Assembly: GCA_964508715.1 (NCBI GenBank)
Contig: CAZDUX010000011.1
Location: forward strand, 1 to 64,000
Length of the DNA stretch: 64,000 nt
Origin: an uncultured Anaerolineaceae bacterium
Lineage (GTDB): Bacteria; Chloroflexota; Dehalococcoidia; Tepidiformales; Tepidiformaceae
Reading direction: 5' to 3'
Shown here: piece by piece, positions 49,105 to 59,306 of the stretch
How the letters are laid out: each line of letters starts with the position of its first letter
Position numbering within the stretch: position 1 is the first letter of the stretch
The notes under the pieces: model-generated
The model's database searches: none
What the model saw: only the letters and a program-made list of their open reading frames with translations
What the model was told of the DNA's origin: nothing
Program-made: the position numbers and the translations under genes

Positions 49105-49240
49105 CGGGTCCCTCGAATCATGTCCTGGTCAGGGGAGTGTACCGGGTGGGGCGCACGCTGCGCGACGACACGGGCAGGGAGGGCAGAGGGACGGGAACCC
49201 GGTTCTCACCCGGCGGGACAGGCACCCCGGGGGTTACGTC

Positions 49241-49537
49241 TCAGGCGGTGAGGCTGCGGCGGCCCGGGAGGAGACGTTCGCCGCGCTGGACGCGGCCGCG
49301 CGCGAGATAGAGCCCGGTGAAGATGAATGCCGAGAGTTTCGTCCACATAAAGGTGGAGAGGAGGGCGTGCTCGATGCTCATCGCCCCGAACATCATTCCG
49401 GCGCCGAGGGCGACGTAAGTGATCCACGCCCAGGCGCCCACATGGCGTTCCGCGCGGCGCGCACTATGGCGGCCGATGGTCAATGCCAGGGTGGCGACGG
49501 CGGCAACAATGAGGGCCCCGAAGACGTGTGTGTCCAT
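49241..49537 (-). CDS. small membrane protein (2-3 TM)
   Basis: 98 aa from internal Met of an over-extended 321-aa ORF; hydrophobic helices. Confidence 0.4.
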   Translation of the reverse strand: MDTHVFGALIVAAVATLALTIGRHSARRAERHVGAWAWITYVALGAGMMFGAMSIEHALLSTFMWTKLSAFIFTGLYLARGRVQRGERLLPGRRSLTA

Positions 49538-49687
49538 TCCCGGACAGGATGCCCGGAAATAGGAGAATCTGCAATTCGATTCACCTGAATTGACAGGTTC
49601 GTACAGATTCTCTGTCATTTTGGCTTCGTGCGGGGAGATAAACGTTGACGTTCGCGTTAATGTGGGTACACTACAATCGCTTTGTCT

Positions 49688-50173
49688 ATGGAAGCTGAAC
49701 CACCAACCCCGACCCATTATCTCCAGATCGGTGAGGCGGCTGAGCGCGCCCAGCTGACGCAGCGCACGCTTCGCTACTATGAGGAGAAGGGTCTGCTCTA
49801 TCCACCGACGCGGATGGAGGGCGGGTTCCGGCTCTATTCTGATGAGGATATGGAGCGGATCGAACGGATCCGGCAGCTCAAGGATCTCCTCGGGTTCTCG
49901 TTGGCCGAGATCAAGGAGATGCTGGAATCGGACGATGTGCGGCTCCAGGTGCGCGCGGAGTGGCGGCCGGACGCTGACACTGCCGAGAAGGCTGAACGAA
50001 TGGGCAAGGCGCGCGACGCCACCGCCCAGCAACTCGCACTCATCGATCAGAAGATGGCAAAGATGGCATCGATGCGAGAAACGCTGGCGGAGCGGCTCGA
50101 GAAGTACGACGGATGGCTCGCACGATACGCGGCGGAGCAGGCTGGCAAGGCCGCCTCGGGCGTCGGCAACTAA
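49688..50173 (+). CDS. MerR family transcriptional regulator (no Cys; coiled-coil C-terminus)
   Basis: [30 protein letters not shown]; TTGACG -35 at 49645 and TACAAT box at 49673 directly before start. Confidence 0.8.
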   Translation: MEAEPPTPTHYLQIGEAAERAQLTQRTLRYYEEKGLLYPPTRMEGGFRLYSDEDMERIERIRQLKDLLGFSLAEIKEMLESDDVRLQVRAEWRPDADTAEKAERMGKARDATAQQLALIDQKMAKMASMRETLAERLEKYDGWLARYAAEQAGKAASGVGN

Positions 50174-50235
50174 CTGCTGGCGCAAGTGATATTGCTCATA
50201 GCACACACCCTGCCGGAATCCGCTACGATCGGTGC

Positions 50236-51243
50236 ATGTCTCTGACTGATGCGTTTGGCCGGCCCCTCCGCGATCTCCGGATTTCGGTGACCGACCGCTG
50301 CAACTTCCGCTGTACGTACTGCATGCCGAAGGAGATTTTCGGCCCCGACCACCAGTTTCTCCAGCGCGACGAGCTCCTGAGCTACGAGGAGATTACGCGC
50401 CTGGCGAGGATTTTCGTTGGTCTTGGTGTCGAAAAGATCCGCCTTACCGGGGGCGAACCGCTCGTGCGGCGCGACCTTCACGAGCTCATCGGGCGGCTGT
50501 CGGTGCTCGATGGCCTGAGGGACATCACGCTCACGACGAACGGTTCGCTGCTCAAGAACCAGGCGAAAGCGCTGAAGGAAGCGGGGCTCAAGCGGATCAC
50601 GGTCAGCCTGGATTCGCTCGATGACGCGGTATTCCAGTCGATGAACGACGTTGGTGTGCCCGTGGCGACCATCCTGGGCGGTATCGATGCGGCGGCAGCG
50701 GCGGGGCTCTTCCCGGTCAAGGTCAACGCGGTCGTGAAGCGGGGCGTGAACGACCACACGATTGTCGACCTCGCCCGCCACTTCAAGGGAACGGGCCACA
50801 TCGTGCGCTACATCGAGTTCATGGATGTGGGCGCGACCAACGGCTGGCGGCTCGACCACGTGGTGCCCGCGGCCGAGATCATCGGCAAGGTCAACGCGGA
50901 GATGCCGGTAGAACCGGTGCATGCCAATTACCGGGGTGAAGTAGCCAAGCGCTGGCGCTACCTCGATGGGACTGGCGAGATCGGCGTCATCGCCTCGATC
51001 ACCCAGCCGTTCTGCGGGGATTGCTCGCGCATCCGGCTTTCCCCCGAGGGCGAGCTCTACACCTGTCTTTTTGGCACGCGGGGCTTCGACCTTCGAGCGC
51101 TCATCCGCTCGGGGGCGAGCGACGACGAACTCGCCGAGGCGATCGGCCGGGTCTGGCGGCCGCGCACGGACCGTTATTCGGAGATCCGCTCGGAGGACAC
51201 CGTGGGCCTGCGCAAGGTAGAGATGTCGCACATCGGCGGATAG
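50236..51243 (+). CDS. moaA: GTP 3',8-cyclase MoaA (molybdenum cofactor biosynthesis, radical SAM)
   Basis: [10 protein letters not shown] radical-SAM cluster motif, C-terminal CGDCSRIRL second cluster; start refined to MSLTDAF. Confidence 0.92.
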   Translation: MSLTDAFGRPLRDLRISVTDRCNFRCTYCMPKEIFGPDHQFLQRDELLSYEEITRLARIFVGLGVEKIRLTGGEPLVRRDLHELIGRLSVLDGLRDITLTTNGSLLKNQAKALKEAGLKRITVSLDSLDDAVFQSMNDVGVPVATILGGIDAAAAAGLFPVKVNAVVKRGVNDHTIVDLARHFKGTGHIVRYIEFMDVGATNGWRLDHVVPAAEIIGKVNAEMPVEPVHANYRGEVAKRWRYLDGTGEIGVIASITQPFCGDCSRIRLSPEGELYTCLFGTRGFDLRALIRSGASDDELAEAIGRVWRPRTDRYSEIRSEDTVGLRKVEMSHIGG

Positions 51244-51389
51244 CAGGGGACCTCCCCGCGTGAGTCCAGCGGACTCTCTTGCCAATCCCCGGTGACGGGC
51301 CGTGTTCCGTGCCCGGGCGGCTTCGAGAGCACGCTGCCCCGCGCTCAACCCGCTATGCTTCTGGGCACCGAACACCCAGGAGACAGGAT

Positions 51390-52619
51390 ATGGCAATCGA
51401 CTTCGAGATCCCGCAGGAAGCGAAGGAGATCCGCGAGAAGGTTCGGCGCTTCGTGCAGGAGGAGTGCATCCCGGCCGAGGAGCAGCTCGAGCACCGGCCG
51501 TTCAAAGACGTGCTCTCTGACCTGCGGGCGAAGGCACGGTCGCAGGGGTTGTGGTGTCCCTTCGTGCCGAAGGAGTACGGGGGCATGGGCCTTGGGCCGC
51601 TGGCCAACGCTCTCGTCCAGATGGAACTCGGCGAAAGCCACCTCGGTGCGCTTGCCATGAACACGCAGGGTCCCGATGACGCGACGATGCTGACGCTGCT
51701 CACCTATGGTACCGATTACCAAAAGGAGAAGTTCCTCAAGCCGCTGCTGAATGGTGACAAGCGCATCTGCTATTCGATGACGGAGAAGGCGGCGGGTGCC
51801 GATGCCACCGGCATGCAAACTCGGGCTGTACGCGACGGGGACAACTACATCCTGAACGGCGAGAAGTGGTTCAGCAGTGCGGCAAGCGCGGCCGACATCG
51901 CCGTGGTGATGGCGAAGACCAACCCCGATGCGCCAAGACACCAGCAGTTCAGCACGTTCATCGTCGAACTGCCGAACCCCGGCTATCAGATCACGCGGGA
52001 CATCAAGACGATGGCGGTCGAGAGCCCGCTTTCGCTCGTGATGGGGGGTGGGCACAGCGAGGTCATCATCAAGGACCTCGTTGTCCCGGCGGAGAACCTG
52101 CTCGGCGGCGAGGGGAACGGGTTCAGCATGGGCCAACACCGGCTGGCATATGGCCGGCTTCGCCACGGCATGCACAACATCGCCATGGCACAGCGCGCCC
52201 TCGACATGGCGACGAAGCGGGTGATTGAGCGCTCGACATTCGGCAAGCCCCTGGCGGAGCGCCAGGGTGTGCAATGGATGCTGGCCGACTGCGCCTCGGA
52301 GCTCTACATCGCCCGGCTGATGCTGCTCCACATCGCGTACAAGGCAGAAAAGGGGATGGACCTTCGGCAGGAGAACTCAATCGCGAAGGTGTACCTGGCG
52401 AACATGGTCCACAAGGTGGTGGACACCGCCATCCAGCTCCACGGTGCGCTTGGGTACAGCCAGGACACGCCGCTTGCGCGCTGGTACACGGCGATCCGCT
52501 CGCAGCGGCTGGTGGATGGCCCCGACGAGGTACATCGCTGGACGGTGGGGCGCAATGTCATCAAGGCGTACCGCGAACATGGGACGACGGCCCCGGCAGC
52601 CGGCGGCGACATGATCTAA
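51390..52619 (+). CDS. acyl-CoA dehydrogenase
   Basis: MAIDFEIPQEAKEIREKVRRFVQEE...; ACAD middle beta-domain and C-terminal helical domain patterns; start refined. Confidence 0.85.
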   Translation: MAIDFEIPQEAKEIREKVRRFVQEECIPAEEQLEHRPFKDVLSDLRAKARSQGLWCPFVPKEYGGMGLGPLANALVQMELGESHLGALAMNTQGPDDATMLTLLTYGTDYQKEKFLKPLLNGDKRICYSMTEKAAGADATGMQTRAVRDGDNYILNGEKWFSSAASAADIAVVMAKTNPDAPRHQQFSTFIVELPNPGYQITRDIKTMAVESPLSLVMGGGHSEVIIKDLVVPAENLLGGEGNGFSMGQHRLAYGRLRHGMHNIAMAQRALDMATKRVIERSTFGKPLAERQGVQWMLADCASELYIARLMLLHIAYKAEKGMDLRQENSIAKVYLANMVHKVVDTAIQLHGALGYSQDTPLARWYTAIRSQRLVDGPDEVHRWTVGRNVIKAYREHGTTAPAAGGDMI

Positions 52620-52677
52620 CCCGATTCACCATCGGCCGATGCACGAACCGGCCCCTCTTCGGAGGGGCTGATTTGTC

Positions 52678-53244
52678 TCATGCACTGCGGTTGCCGATTG
52701 GGTCCGGCCCTTTCGATACCAGTTCGCCGCCCACGGGCAGACCATCGACCATCTTCCGCGGTTCCATCTTGCGTTCGCACCAGCGGTCGAGCGTGTCGCG
52801 CTCCTCGCGGAAGTCCATCCGGGGCACTGCATAGCCGCAGGATGTCTGGACCTTCACAACCTCGATGAGGAACGCCTGGCGCACATAGGGATGAAAGTCG
52901 GCGCCGAAAGCGTCGCGGTGGGCGACGATTTCCGGGGCATCGACTTCGAAACGGCGCCCGCGACCGTAGAGCCGGGTTACCCCGGTATTCGCCTCGAAGC
53001 TGCAGAACATGAGGGTGATACGGCCATTTTCAGCCAGGTGGGCCGCGGTTTCGTTGCCGCTACCGGGATAATCGAGGTAGCCCACGAGGTTCGGGCCGAG
53101 TACACGCAGCAGATTGCGACCCTTCGGCGAGATGTTTGGGAAGCCATCTTGGAGGTTGCCTGGCGCGGTGGACACGAAGAAAAGGTGCTGCGCTTCGATG
53201 AAGCGCCTGCGTTCGTCGTCGATATGGTCGTACCAGGTAGCCAT
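52678..53244 (-). CDS. pyridoxamine 5'-phosphate oxidase family protein (PNPOx-like split barrel)
   Basis: LFFVSTAPGNLQDGFPNISPKG...ENGRITLMFCS pattern. Confidence 0.7.
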   Translation of the reverse strand: MATWYDHIDDERRRFIEAQHLFFVSTAPGNLQDGFPNISPKGRNLLRVLGPNLVGYLDYPGSGNETAAHLAENGRITLMFCSFEANTGVTRLYGRGRRFEVDAPEIVAHRDAFGADFHPYVRQAFLIEVVKVQTSCGYAVPRMDFREERDTLDRWCERKMEPRKMVDGLPVGGELVSKGPDPIGNRSA

Positions 53245-53430
53245 CCGTCCCCTCCGTCAGCTGAGTATGTCAGAGAGCCGGCTCGAGCCTCACGTGCCAA
53301 TCACGCTGGCCGCGGCCGTGCTATTGGCACTTCCTTGCGGATGGGAGGCTGGCTGTCGCTCGTTCCCGTCAGCGACATGGGCCGCCTGTTCGCTCGTCAC
53401 TCACCAGTCGCGCCGATACACTTATTCCCA

Positions 53431-54282
53431 ATGTCCACCGCCACCTCCGCACGCTATTCAGTCGACGAACTGCGCGACATCGCGAAGCGCGTCCGCACCC
53501 ACATCGTCCAGATGGTTTTTGATGCCCAGAGCGGCCACCCGGGCGGTTCGCTCTCGGCCGTCGACCTCGGGGTCTCACTCTTCTGGAACCACCTGCGTAT
53601 CGACCCGGCGAACTCGAATGACCCGGACCGTGACCGGTTCTTCCTCTCGAAGGGGCACGCAACACCGTTCTACTACAGCATCCTGGCCGAGCGCGGGTTC
53701 TTCAGCACCGACCTGCTCGGGGGCTTCCGAACGTTGGGAAGCCCACTGCAGGGGCATCCGTCGATGAGCGCCGCACCCGGGATCGAGATGTCGGGCGGAT
53801 CGCTCGGGCAGGGGTTGTCGTTCGCCATCGGGCAGGCGAAAGCGGGCCAACTCGATGGCCGTGGCTATCGCTGCTGGGTGATGATGGGCGACGGGGAGAT
53901 GAACGAGGGCCAGGTGTGGGAGGCTGCGATGGCGGTGCCTCACTTCGGCCTTGGCGACCGGATCATCGCGATCGTCGATCGCAACGGGCTGCAGAACGAC
54001 GGCTTCGGCGACACCATTATGAAGGTCCATCCGCGCGAGATGTGGAGCGGCTTCGGCTGGCACGTCATCGAATGCGATGGACATGACATGGCCGCAGTCG
54101 ACCAGGCGTTGACCGAGGCGGAGCAACCGGATGAGCGGCCTCGGATCGTGGTCGCACACACCACGAAGGGCAAGGGCGTGAGTTTCATGGAGAACAACGC
54201 CGGGTTCCACGGGAAGGCCCCGACCGCAAGCCAGCTCGAAACGGCGCTGGATGAGATCGCCCGAGGGGAGGGTGGGCTGTGA
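53431..54282 (+). CDS. transketolase, N-terminal (TPP-binding) subunit
   Basis: Start refined to MSTATSARYSVDELRDIAKRVR; GHPGGSLS TPP motif, GDGEMNEGQVWEA. Confidence 0.88.
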   Translation: MSTATSARYSVDELRDIAKRVRTHIVQMVFDAQSGHPGGSLSAVDLGVSLFWNHLRIDPANSNDPDRDRFFLSKGHATPFYYSILAERGFFSTDLLGGFRTLGSPLQGHPSMSAAPGIEMSGGSLGQGLSFAIGQAKAGQLDGRGYRCWVMMGDGEMNEGQVWEAAMAVPHFGLGDRIIAIVDRNGLQNDGFGDTIMKVHPREMWSGFGWHVIECDGHDMAAVDQALTEAEQPDERPRIVVAHTTKGKGVSFMENNAGFHGKAPTASQLETALDEIARGEGGL

Positions 54283-55235
54283 CCAGCACAGAACTCGTAT
54301 CGGCAGCCACGCGCGAGGCGTACCCGAAGGCGCTCATCCAGCTCGTCGAGGATGGCGTGGACGTCGTTGCTATCGACGCTGACCTCTCGGTTTCGACGAT
54401 GGGCTACCAGTTCGGCGAGAAGTACCCGGAGCGCTGGATGACGGTGGGCGTGGCCGAGCAGAACATGGTGGGCATCGGCGCTGGCCTGGCGGCCACGGGA
54501 AAGACGGCGTTCATCGCGAGCTTCGCAGCGTTTCTGCCGGGGCGGTGTTTCGATCAGTTGCGGACGTCGGTTGCCCAGCCACGCGGCGGGATGAACGTGA
54601 AGTGCGTTGCAAGCCACGGCGGGATCACGGTCGGCGAAGACGGCATGAGCGCGCAGGCGATCGAAGACCTCGCGCTGGCGACCTCGCTCATCCCGTTCGA
54701 CGTGGTGGTGCCGGCGGACTTCGAGTCCGCGAAGCAGGCGATCGTGGCTGTCGGGAAGACATCGAAGCCGGCATACGTTCGCACGGGGCGGCCCAAAGTG
54801 GCGGGGATCTACGGGAGCGATTACCGCTTCGAACTCGGGAAGGCGACGCAGTTGCGGCAGGGGAACGATGTGACGCTCATCGCCTGCGGGATTCTCGTCG
54901 GGATCGCAGTGAAGGCGGCCGAGCTGCTCGGGAGCGAAGGCGTGTCGGCACGCGTGGTGGACATGGCCACGATCAAGCCGATCGACCGTGATGCGGTCAT
55001 CGCCGCAGCGAACGACACGGGCGCGATCGTAACGGCCGAGGAACACCAGACGACGGGTGGTCTCGGGACGGCGGTTGCCCGGGTGCTGGCGGAGACGGCG
55101 CCCGTGCCTGTGAGCTTCGTGGGTGTCGATCGCTACGGTACGAGTGGCAAATGGGATGAACTGCTCGGGTATTTCGAACTCACACCGCAGCGGGTTGCCC
55201 AGGCCGCGCGCGACGCCATCGCGCGGAAGCGGTAG
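54279..55235 (+). CDS. transketolase, C-terminal (pyrimidine-binding) subunit
   Basis: Overlaps N-subunit stop; EQNMVGIGAGLA...; split-type transketolase. Confidence 0.88.
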   Translation: MTSTELVSAATREAYPKALIQLVEDGVDVVAIDADLSVSTMGYQFGEKYPERWMTVGVAEQNMVGIGAGLAATGKTAFIASFAAFLPGRCFDQLRTSVAQPRGGMNVKCVASHGGITVGEDGMSAQAIEDLALATSLIPFDVVVPADFESAKQAIVAVGKTSKPAYVRTGRPKVAGIYGSDYRFELGKATQLRQGNDVTLIACGILVGIAVKAAELLGSEGVSARVVDMATIKPIDRDAVIAAANDTGAIVTAEEHQTTGGLGTAVARVLAETAPVPVSFVGVDRYGTSGKWDELLGYFELTPQRVAQAARDAIARKR

Positions 55236-55652
55236 CTATTCGGGGAGCAGGGTGAACCGCTCGACGTGGCGCGGGCGGACACGCTCGAAGTGACGGCGGT
55301 CGAGGGTGATGATCGTATCGGCTTTGAGCCGCTCGGCGAGGGCAACGACAGAGGCGTCGGTGCCACCGAGGGGCCAGTCGGCATACTGACGCACGAGTTC
55401 GGCGATCCTGGCCCAGTCTTCGGGTTCGGGAGCGACGACTTCGAAATGCGACAGCCCGGCAAGGAATGTGGCTTCGGCCAGGGGGCCAGCCTTCCGCTCA
55501 ATGAGATACGACGCCTCGGCGACGCAGAGTGCCGGGATGATGAGCAGGAGCCGCGGGTCCTGCAGCGCTGATAGGCATGCGTGATGATGCGGTTCGTCGG
55601 CGATAACCGAAGCGATCAATGGGCCAGCATCGACTATCGCGACCGGCCCCAA
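55236..55652 (-). CDS. type II toxin VapC (PIN domain ribonuclease)
   Basis: PIN pattern LGPVAIVDAGPLIA...D..D; probable TTG start 2 nt after antitoxin stop. Confidence 0.7.
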   Translation of the reverse strand: MGPVAIVDAGPLIASVIADEPHHHACLSALQDPRLLLIIPALCVAEASYLIERKAGPLAEATFLAGLSHFEVVAPEPEDWARIAELVRQYADWPLGGTDASVVALAERLKADTIITLDRRHFERVRPRHVERFTLLPE

Positions 55653-55653
55653 C

Positions 55654-55905
55654 TCAGCCTTCCATACTCTTTTGGATATCGTCTGCCCACGATTCAGCCA
55701 GCATCTCGTGAACCTTCGAGGCGTCGACTGGCTCGCGGCTGCGTGCGACGCCCGCGAAAGGTATCTCCCGCTTCCCATTTGTCAGCCCGAAATACTGCTC
55801 GAGCGCGCGCCGAACGATCTCGGAGGAGGATAGCCGCTTCTGATGTGCATCCCGGTCGAGACGTGCTGCGAGTTCTTCAGACAGGGTGATGGTCGTTCGT
55901 TTCAT
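55654..55905 (-). CDS. ribbon-helix-helix (CopG-like) antitoxin of VapBC pair
   Basis: MKRTTITLSEELAARLDRDAHQKRLSSSEIVRRALEQYF RHH motif. Confidence 0.7.
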   Translation of the reverse strand: MKRTTITLSEELAARLDRDAHQKRLSSSEIVRRALEQYFGLTNGKREIPFAGVARSREPVDASKVHEMLAESWADDIQKSMEG

Positions 55906-56195
55906 CGCTACCTCTGCATATCAGCGGTCTGGTGTGGTAAGTCAGCTCCGGTGGAAAGCGAATTACCCGGGCACGACTCGGGGCTATCGGTTTGGGCGGC
56001 GACTGCACGGGATTGCCCGTGCAGTCGCCGCGTTCATCCGGGTGCATGAACGTGCACTGAGGGCCGCATCGCCTCATACGATCATACTCGCATACCGGGC
56101 GGAATGGGCTCACGACTTCGGGTGGTACCATCGATGGCAAGGACATTCCGCAACCCACATCGTGGCTGCATTCGAATTTGGATAGGAGGCGGCAC

Positions 56196-57356
56196 ATGCG
56201 CGTCGGGGTGCTAACTGGCGGGGGCGATGTTCCCGGGCTGAATCCGTGCATCAAGTCGCTGGTGTATGGCGCAGCCGAGCGCGGCTGGGAGGTGCTGGGT
56301 ATCCGCAGGGGGTGGGCCGGCCTCCTCAATCACAATATTGAGGACGAGCACGCGGGTTCGAGCGAGTGGGTCGAAACGCTGACCCCAAGCGGCGTGCGTA
56401 CCATCGACCGCTATGGCGGAACGCACCTGCACACCTCGCGGACGAATCCCCAGAAGGTGCGGCCGGGTGACCTGCCTGCGTTCCTGGCCGACCGCTACCC
56501 GTTCCAGGACGGGGTAAGGACGGTCGACTGCACTGCGCACGTCCTCTCGGTCATCGAGCGCCTCGGGCTCGACGCGATAGTGGCGATTGGCGGCGATGAC
56601 ACGCTCTCGTATGCCGTACGCCTCCACCGCGAGGGTGTGCCGATGGTGGCCGTGCCCAAGACGATGGACAATGACGTGTTCGGCACCGACTACTGTATCG
56701 GCTTCAGTACAGCCGTGACGCGGAGTGTCGAGGCGATCAATGCCCTTCGCACGCCAACCGGAAGCCACGAACGGATCGCGGTGATCGAGCTTTTCGGGCG
56801 GAACAGCGGGGAGACATCGCTCGTTTCGGCCTACCTGGCGGATGTCGACCGGGCGCTGATCAGCGAGGTTCCGTTCGACGTGGAGCGGCTGGCGGCGATG
56901 CTGGTGGAAGACCGGAAGCGGAACCCGAGCAACTACGCGATTGTCACCGTGTCGGAAGGGGCATCGATGATCGGCGGGCAGGTGGTGGAGTACGGCCAGG
57001 AGGATGCCTACGGGCACCGCAAGCTTGGCGGTATCGGTGTGGTCATTGGCGACGCACTGAAGCACCTCACGGGCATCGATATCGTGAACCAGCAGCTCGC
57101 GTACCTGATGCGGGCAGGGGCACCCGACTCCCTCGATCGGATGGTCGCGACCTCCTACGGGCGCCTCGCTATCGACCTCGTGGCGGAGGGGCACACTGGC
57201 CGGATGGTGGCATTGCAGGGCGGCGTCTACACGACGGTGCCCATCGAGACATCGGGGCTGGGAACGAAGCGGGTGGACGTCGCCGAACTCTATGATGCTG
57301 AACAGTACCGCCCAAAGGTCGGCCACCTGCTCGGCAAACCGATGTTCCTCTATTAG
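56196..57356 (+). CDS. 6-phosphofructokinase
   Basis: [23 protein letters not shown]; GGDDT...[12 protein letters not shown] catalytic motifs. Confidence 0.88.
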   Translation: MRVGVLTGGGDVPGLNPCIKSLVYGAAERGWEVLGIRRGWAGLLNHNIEDEHAGSSEWVETLTPSGVRTIDRYGGTHLHTSRTNPQKVRPGDLPAFLADRYPFQDGVRTVDCTAHVLSVIERLGLDAIVAIGGDDTLSYAVRLHREGVPMVAVPKTMDNDVFGTDYCIGFSTAVTRSVEAINALRTPTGSHERIAVIELFGRNSGETSLVSAYLADVDRALISEVPFDVERLAAMLVEDRKRNPSNYAIVTVSEGASMIGGQVVEYGQEDAYGHRKLGGIGVVIGDALKHLTGIDIVNQQLAYLMRAGAPDSLDRMVATSYGRLAIDLVAEGHTGRMVALQGGVYTTVPIETSGLGTKRVDVAELYDAEQYRPKVGHLLGKPMFLY

Positions 57357-57360
57357 GAGC

Positions 57361-58149
57361 CTAGAGTGCGCGCCAGTACCGCTTGCCTTCGGTGGCGACA
57401 AAATGACCGAGGCCAGGCGCCGGGAGATGGCTTGCTCCAACGAGCGCGTTCGAAGTGGTGAGGCGTTCCAGCGTGGCGAGGCGGGTCTTCTCGGCGATTG
57501 CGCTGTCACAATCGAACGTGTTCACGAGGGTGGGCTCCGTGGCGTCAATCGGCGAGATAACGACGTCACCGAGAATGAACCCGGCCTCGCCACCCGAGGA
57601 TACCGCGACGCTCGTATGGCCAGGGGTGTGACCAGGCGTTGGGATGGCGGTGAGCGCGGGCGAGATGTTCAGTTCGCCTTCGATGAGACGCATCCGGCCC
57701 GTGGCCTCAAGGGGCACGACATCACGCGTGAACGAGGCAGCTTTCGCCTGCTCGCTGTAGTGCCTCCAGTCGCCCGCGGGGACGAGGTATTCGGCGTTCT
57801 CGAAGACCGGCTTTCCGGTGGCGCGATCGATGTTCCAGCCGGTGTGGTCGCCATGGAGGTGGGTGAAGAGGACGTGCGTGACTGCCGAAGGAGCGACCCC
57901 GGCTTCGCGGAGTTCATCGAGCAGGCGGCCGTTGTATTCAGGGCCCCAGCCGGTGTCGACGAGCAGGGTGACGTTGCCATCGATGGCGAGGAAGCAGCCA
58001 AAGTTCAGGGATACACGGTCCTGGTCGTCGAGGTGCCGGCGATAGGGGACGGGATCGCTGAGCGCGGGATACACACCGGAGAGTGGGTACGCCTGGATGT
58101 TGTCGACCAGGGCTACGACGGAGACATTGCCGACGTTCGTCTTCTGCAT
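57361..58149 (-). CDS. MBL-fold metallo-hydrolase
   Basis: THLHGDHTGW metal-binding motif; start refined to MQKTNVG with GGTGA RBS. Confidence 0.75.
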   Translation of the reverse strand: MQKTNVGNVSVVALVDNIQAYPLSGVYPALSDPVPYRRHLDDQDRVSLNFGCFLAIDGNVTLLVDTGWGPEYNGRLLDELREAGVAPSAVTHVLFTHLHGDHTGWNIDRATGKPVFENAEYLVPAGDWRHYSEQAKAASFTRDVVPLEATGRMRLIEGELNISPALTAIPTPGHTPGHTSVAVSSGGEAGFILGDVVISPIDATEPTLVNTFDCDSAIAEKTRLATLERLTTSNALVGASHLPAPGLGHFVATEGKRYWRAL

Positions 58150-58746
58150 TTCTTCACCTCTGGCGCGACTGTAGGAAGGGTTGGAGCGAGCGGCAAGTCC
58201 GCGTGGCCCCTGAGCTGTAGCCATTCGTGCATGCGCGGGGAGAGCCAGACGCGGCATACTGGATAACAACAGCGCGACGGGGGAACGATAATGACCGCGC
58301 GAACCATCCACATTCGTCACGATGGCGACACCTGAGCGACCTGGACGAACAATGATGACCTCGATCGGCATTCGACGCGGACCGGGGCGCTCCAGTCGGC
58401 ACTACTGTGGGCGTTCGTCTACCGGCCGGCATCGGTTGTGCTCGAGACGGCTGAGGGGCACGAACTCATACAGTATTACCCGGACAGGAGCATCGACCCG
58501 GCACGCATTGCCGGGTCAATCCCGCCGGAATACTACTGAGCGGGCGGCGGCCCGCCCGCCAAAATGGTATCTCGGATCCGATCTGGATTCGTGCTATCGT
58601 AGAGATAACCCCACGAGCTTCGGTGGCCATTTGCGCCCAGGCTGCGAGCTTCGCGCCGGGCAGCGGAGGGTTCGAGCAGCGCGTGAACCAGTTCGCCCTG
58701 CGAATGCCGGCTCGAGACGGTGTTCGTACCAGCCACAGGAGTTGTT

Positions 58747-58968
58747 ATGCCCGCCAAGGCCGATGCCATTGAAGTAGAAGGAACAGTAACCCAGGCGCTG
58801 CCCAACGCCGTCTTCCGGGTCGAGCTCGGAAACGGCCACCTCGTCCTCGCCCATATCAGCGGCAAGATGCGCAAGCACTATATCAAGGTACTCCCCGGCG
58901 ACCGCGTGCTCGTCGAGCTTTCGCCTTACGACCTCACCCGCGGACGGCTCACCTACCGCTTCAAGTAG
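58747..58968 (+). CDS. infA: translation initiation factor IF-1
   Basis: [73 protein letters not shown]. Confidence 0.92.
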   Translation: MPAKADAIEVEGTVTQALPNAVFRVELGNGHLVLAHISGKMRKHYIKVLPGDRVLVELSPYDLTRGRLTYRFK

Positions 58969-59189
58969 CAAACCAGCAGGGCGCGGGCTTCACTGCTCCC
59001 GGCCACGCGATAGCGTTTCTCCGTCCGCCAGGCCGCCTCGCGTCGCGTCGCGCTCAACGGCCCAACTGGCGATGGGATAGCGGGTCGCATCTCTCCCATT
59101 TCTGCGGATCCCCGGGGCCCGAGCTCTCTCTTCAGCCTTGCCAGCTACTGGCCGATGCTCCTACCATAGCGAAACACCCGCGAACGTGG

Positions 59190-59306
59190 CCGCGCTTATC
59201 AAGAGTGGGCAGAGGGATCCGGCCCTGCGAAGCCCCGGCAACCTGCCACCATCGGGCAAGGTGCCAACTCCGGTCTCCCGTCGCGGCGGGAGGAAGATGA
59301 GAGCGA
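59190..59306 (+). promoter_or_regulatory. SAM-I (S-box) riboswitch
   Basis: CUUAUCAAGAGUGGGCAGAGGGAUCCGGCCCUGCGAAGCCCCGGCAACC...GGUGCCAACUCC...GGAAGAUGAGAGCG aligns nearly base-for-base with the B. subtilis yitJ S-box core; P1 halves CUUAUC/GAUGAG. Confidence 0.88.

Noticed and set aside
52891-53430. 180-aa N-terminal extensions of ORFs such as 52891..54282, 20398..21141, 19578..20897, 36158..36991, 47891..48685, 49241..50206, 57361..58371
   Set aside because: The extensions are antisense to, or overlap, neighbouring genes and lack homology. Internal Met/Val starts preceded by plausible RBSs give proteins of the normal family length, so refined starts were used.
58520-58545. Strong GC hairpin GCGGGCGG-CGGC-CCGCCCGC upstream of infA as a terminator
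   Set aside because: There is no U-tract on either strand. It lies in a divergent promoter region between the MBL hydrolase gene and infA, so it is more likely a structural or regulatory element of unknown role, or fortuitous.
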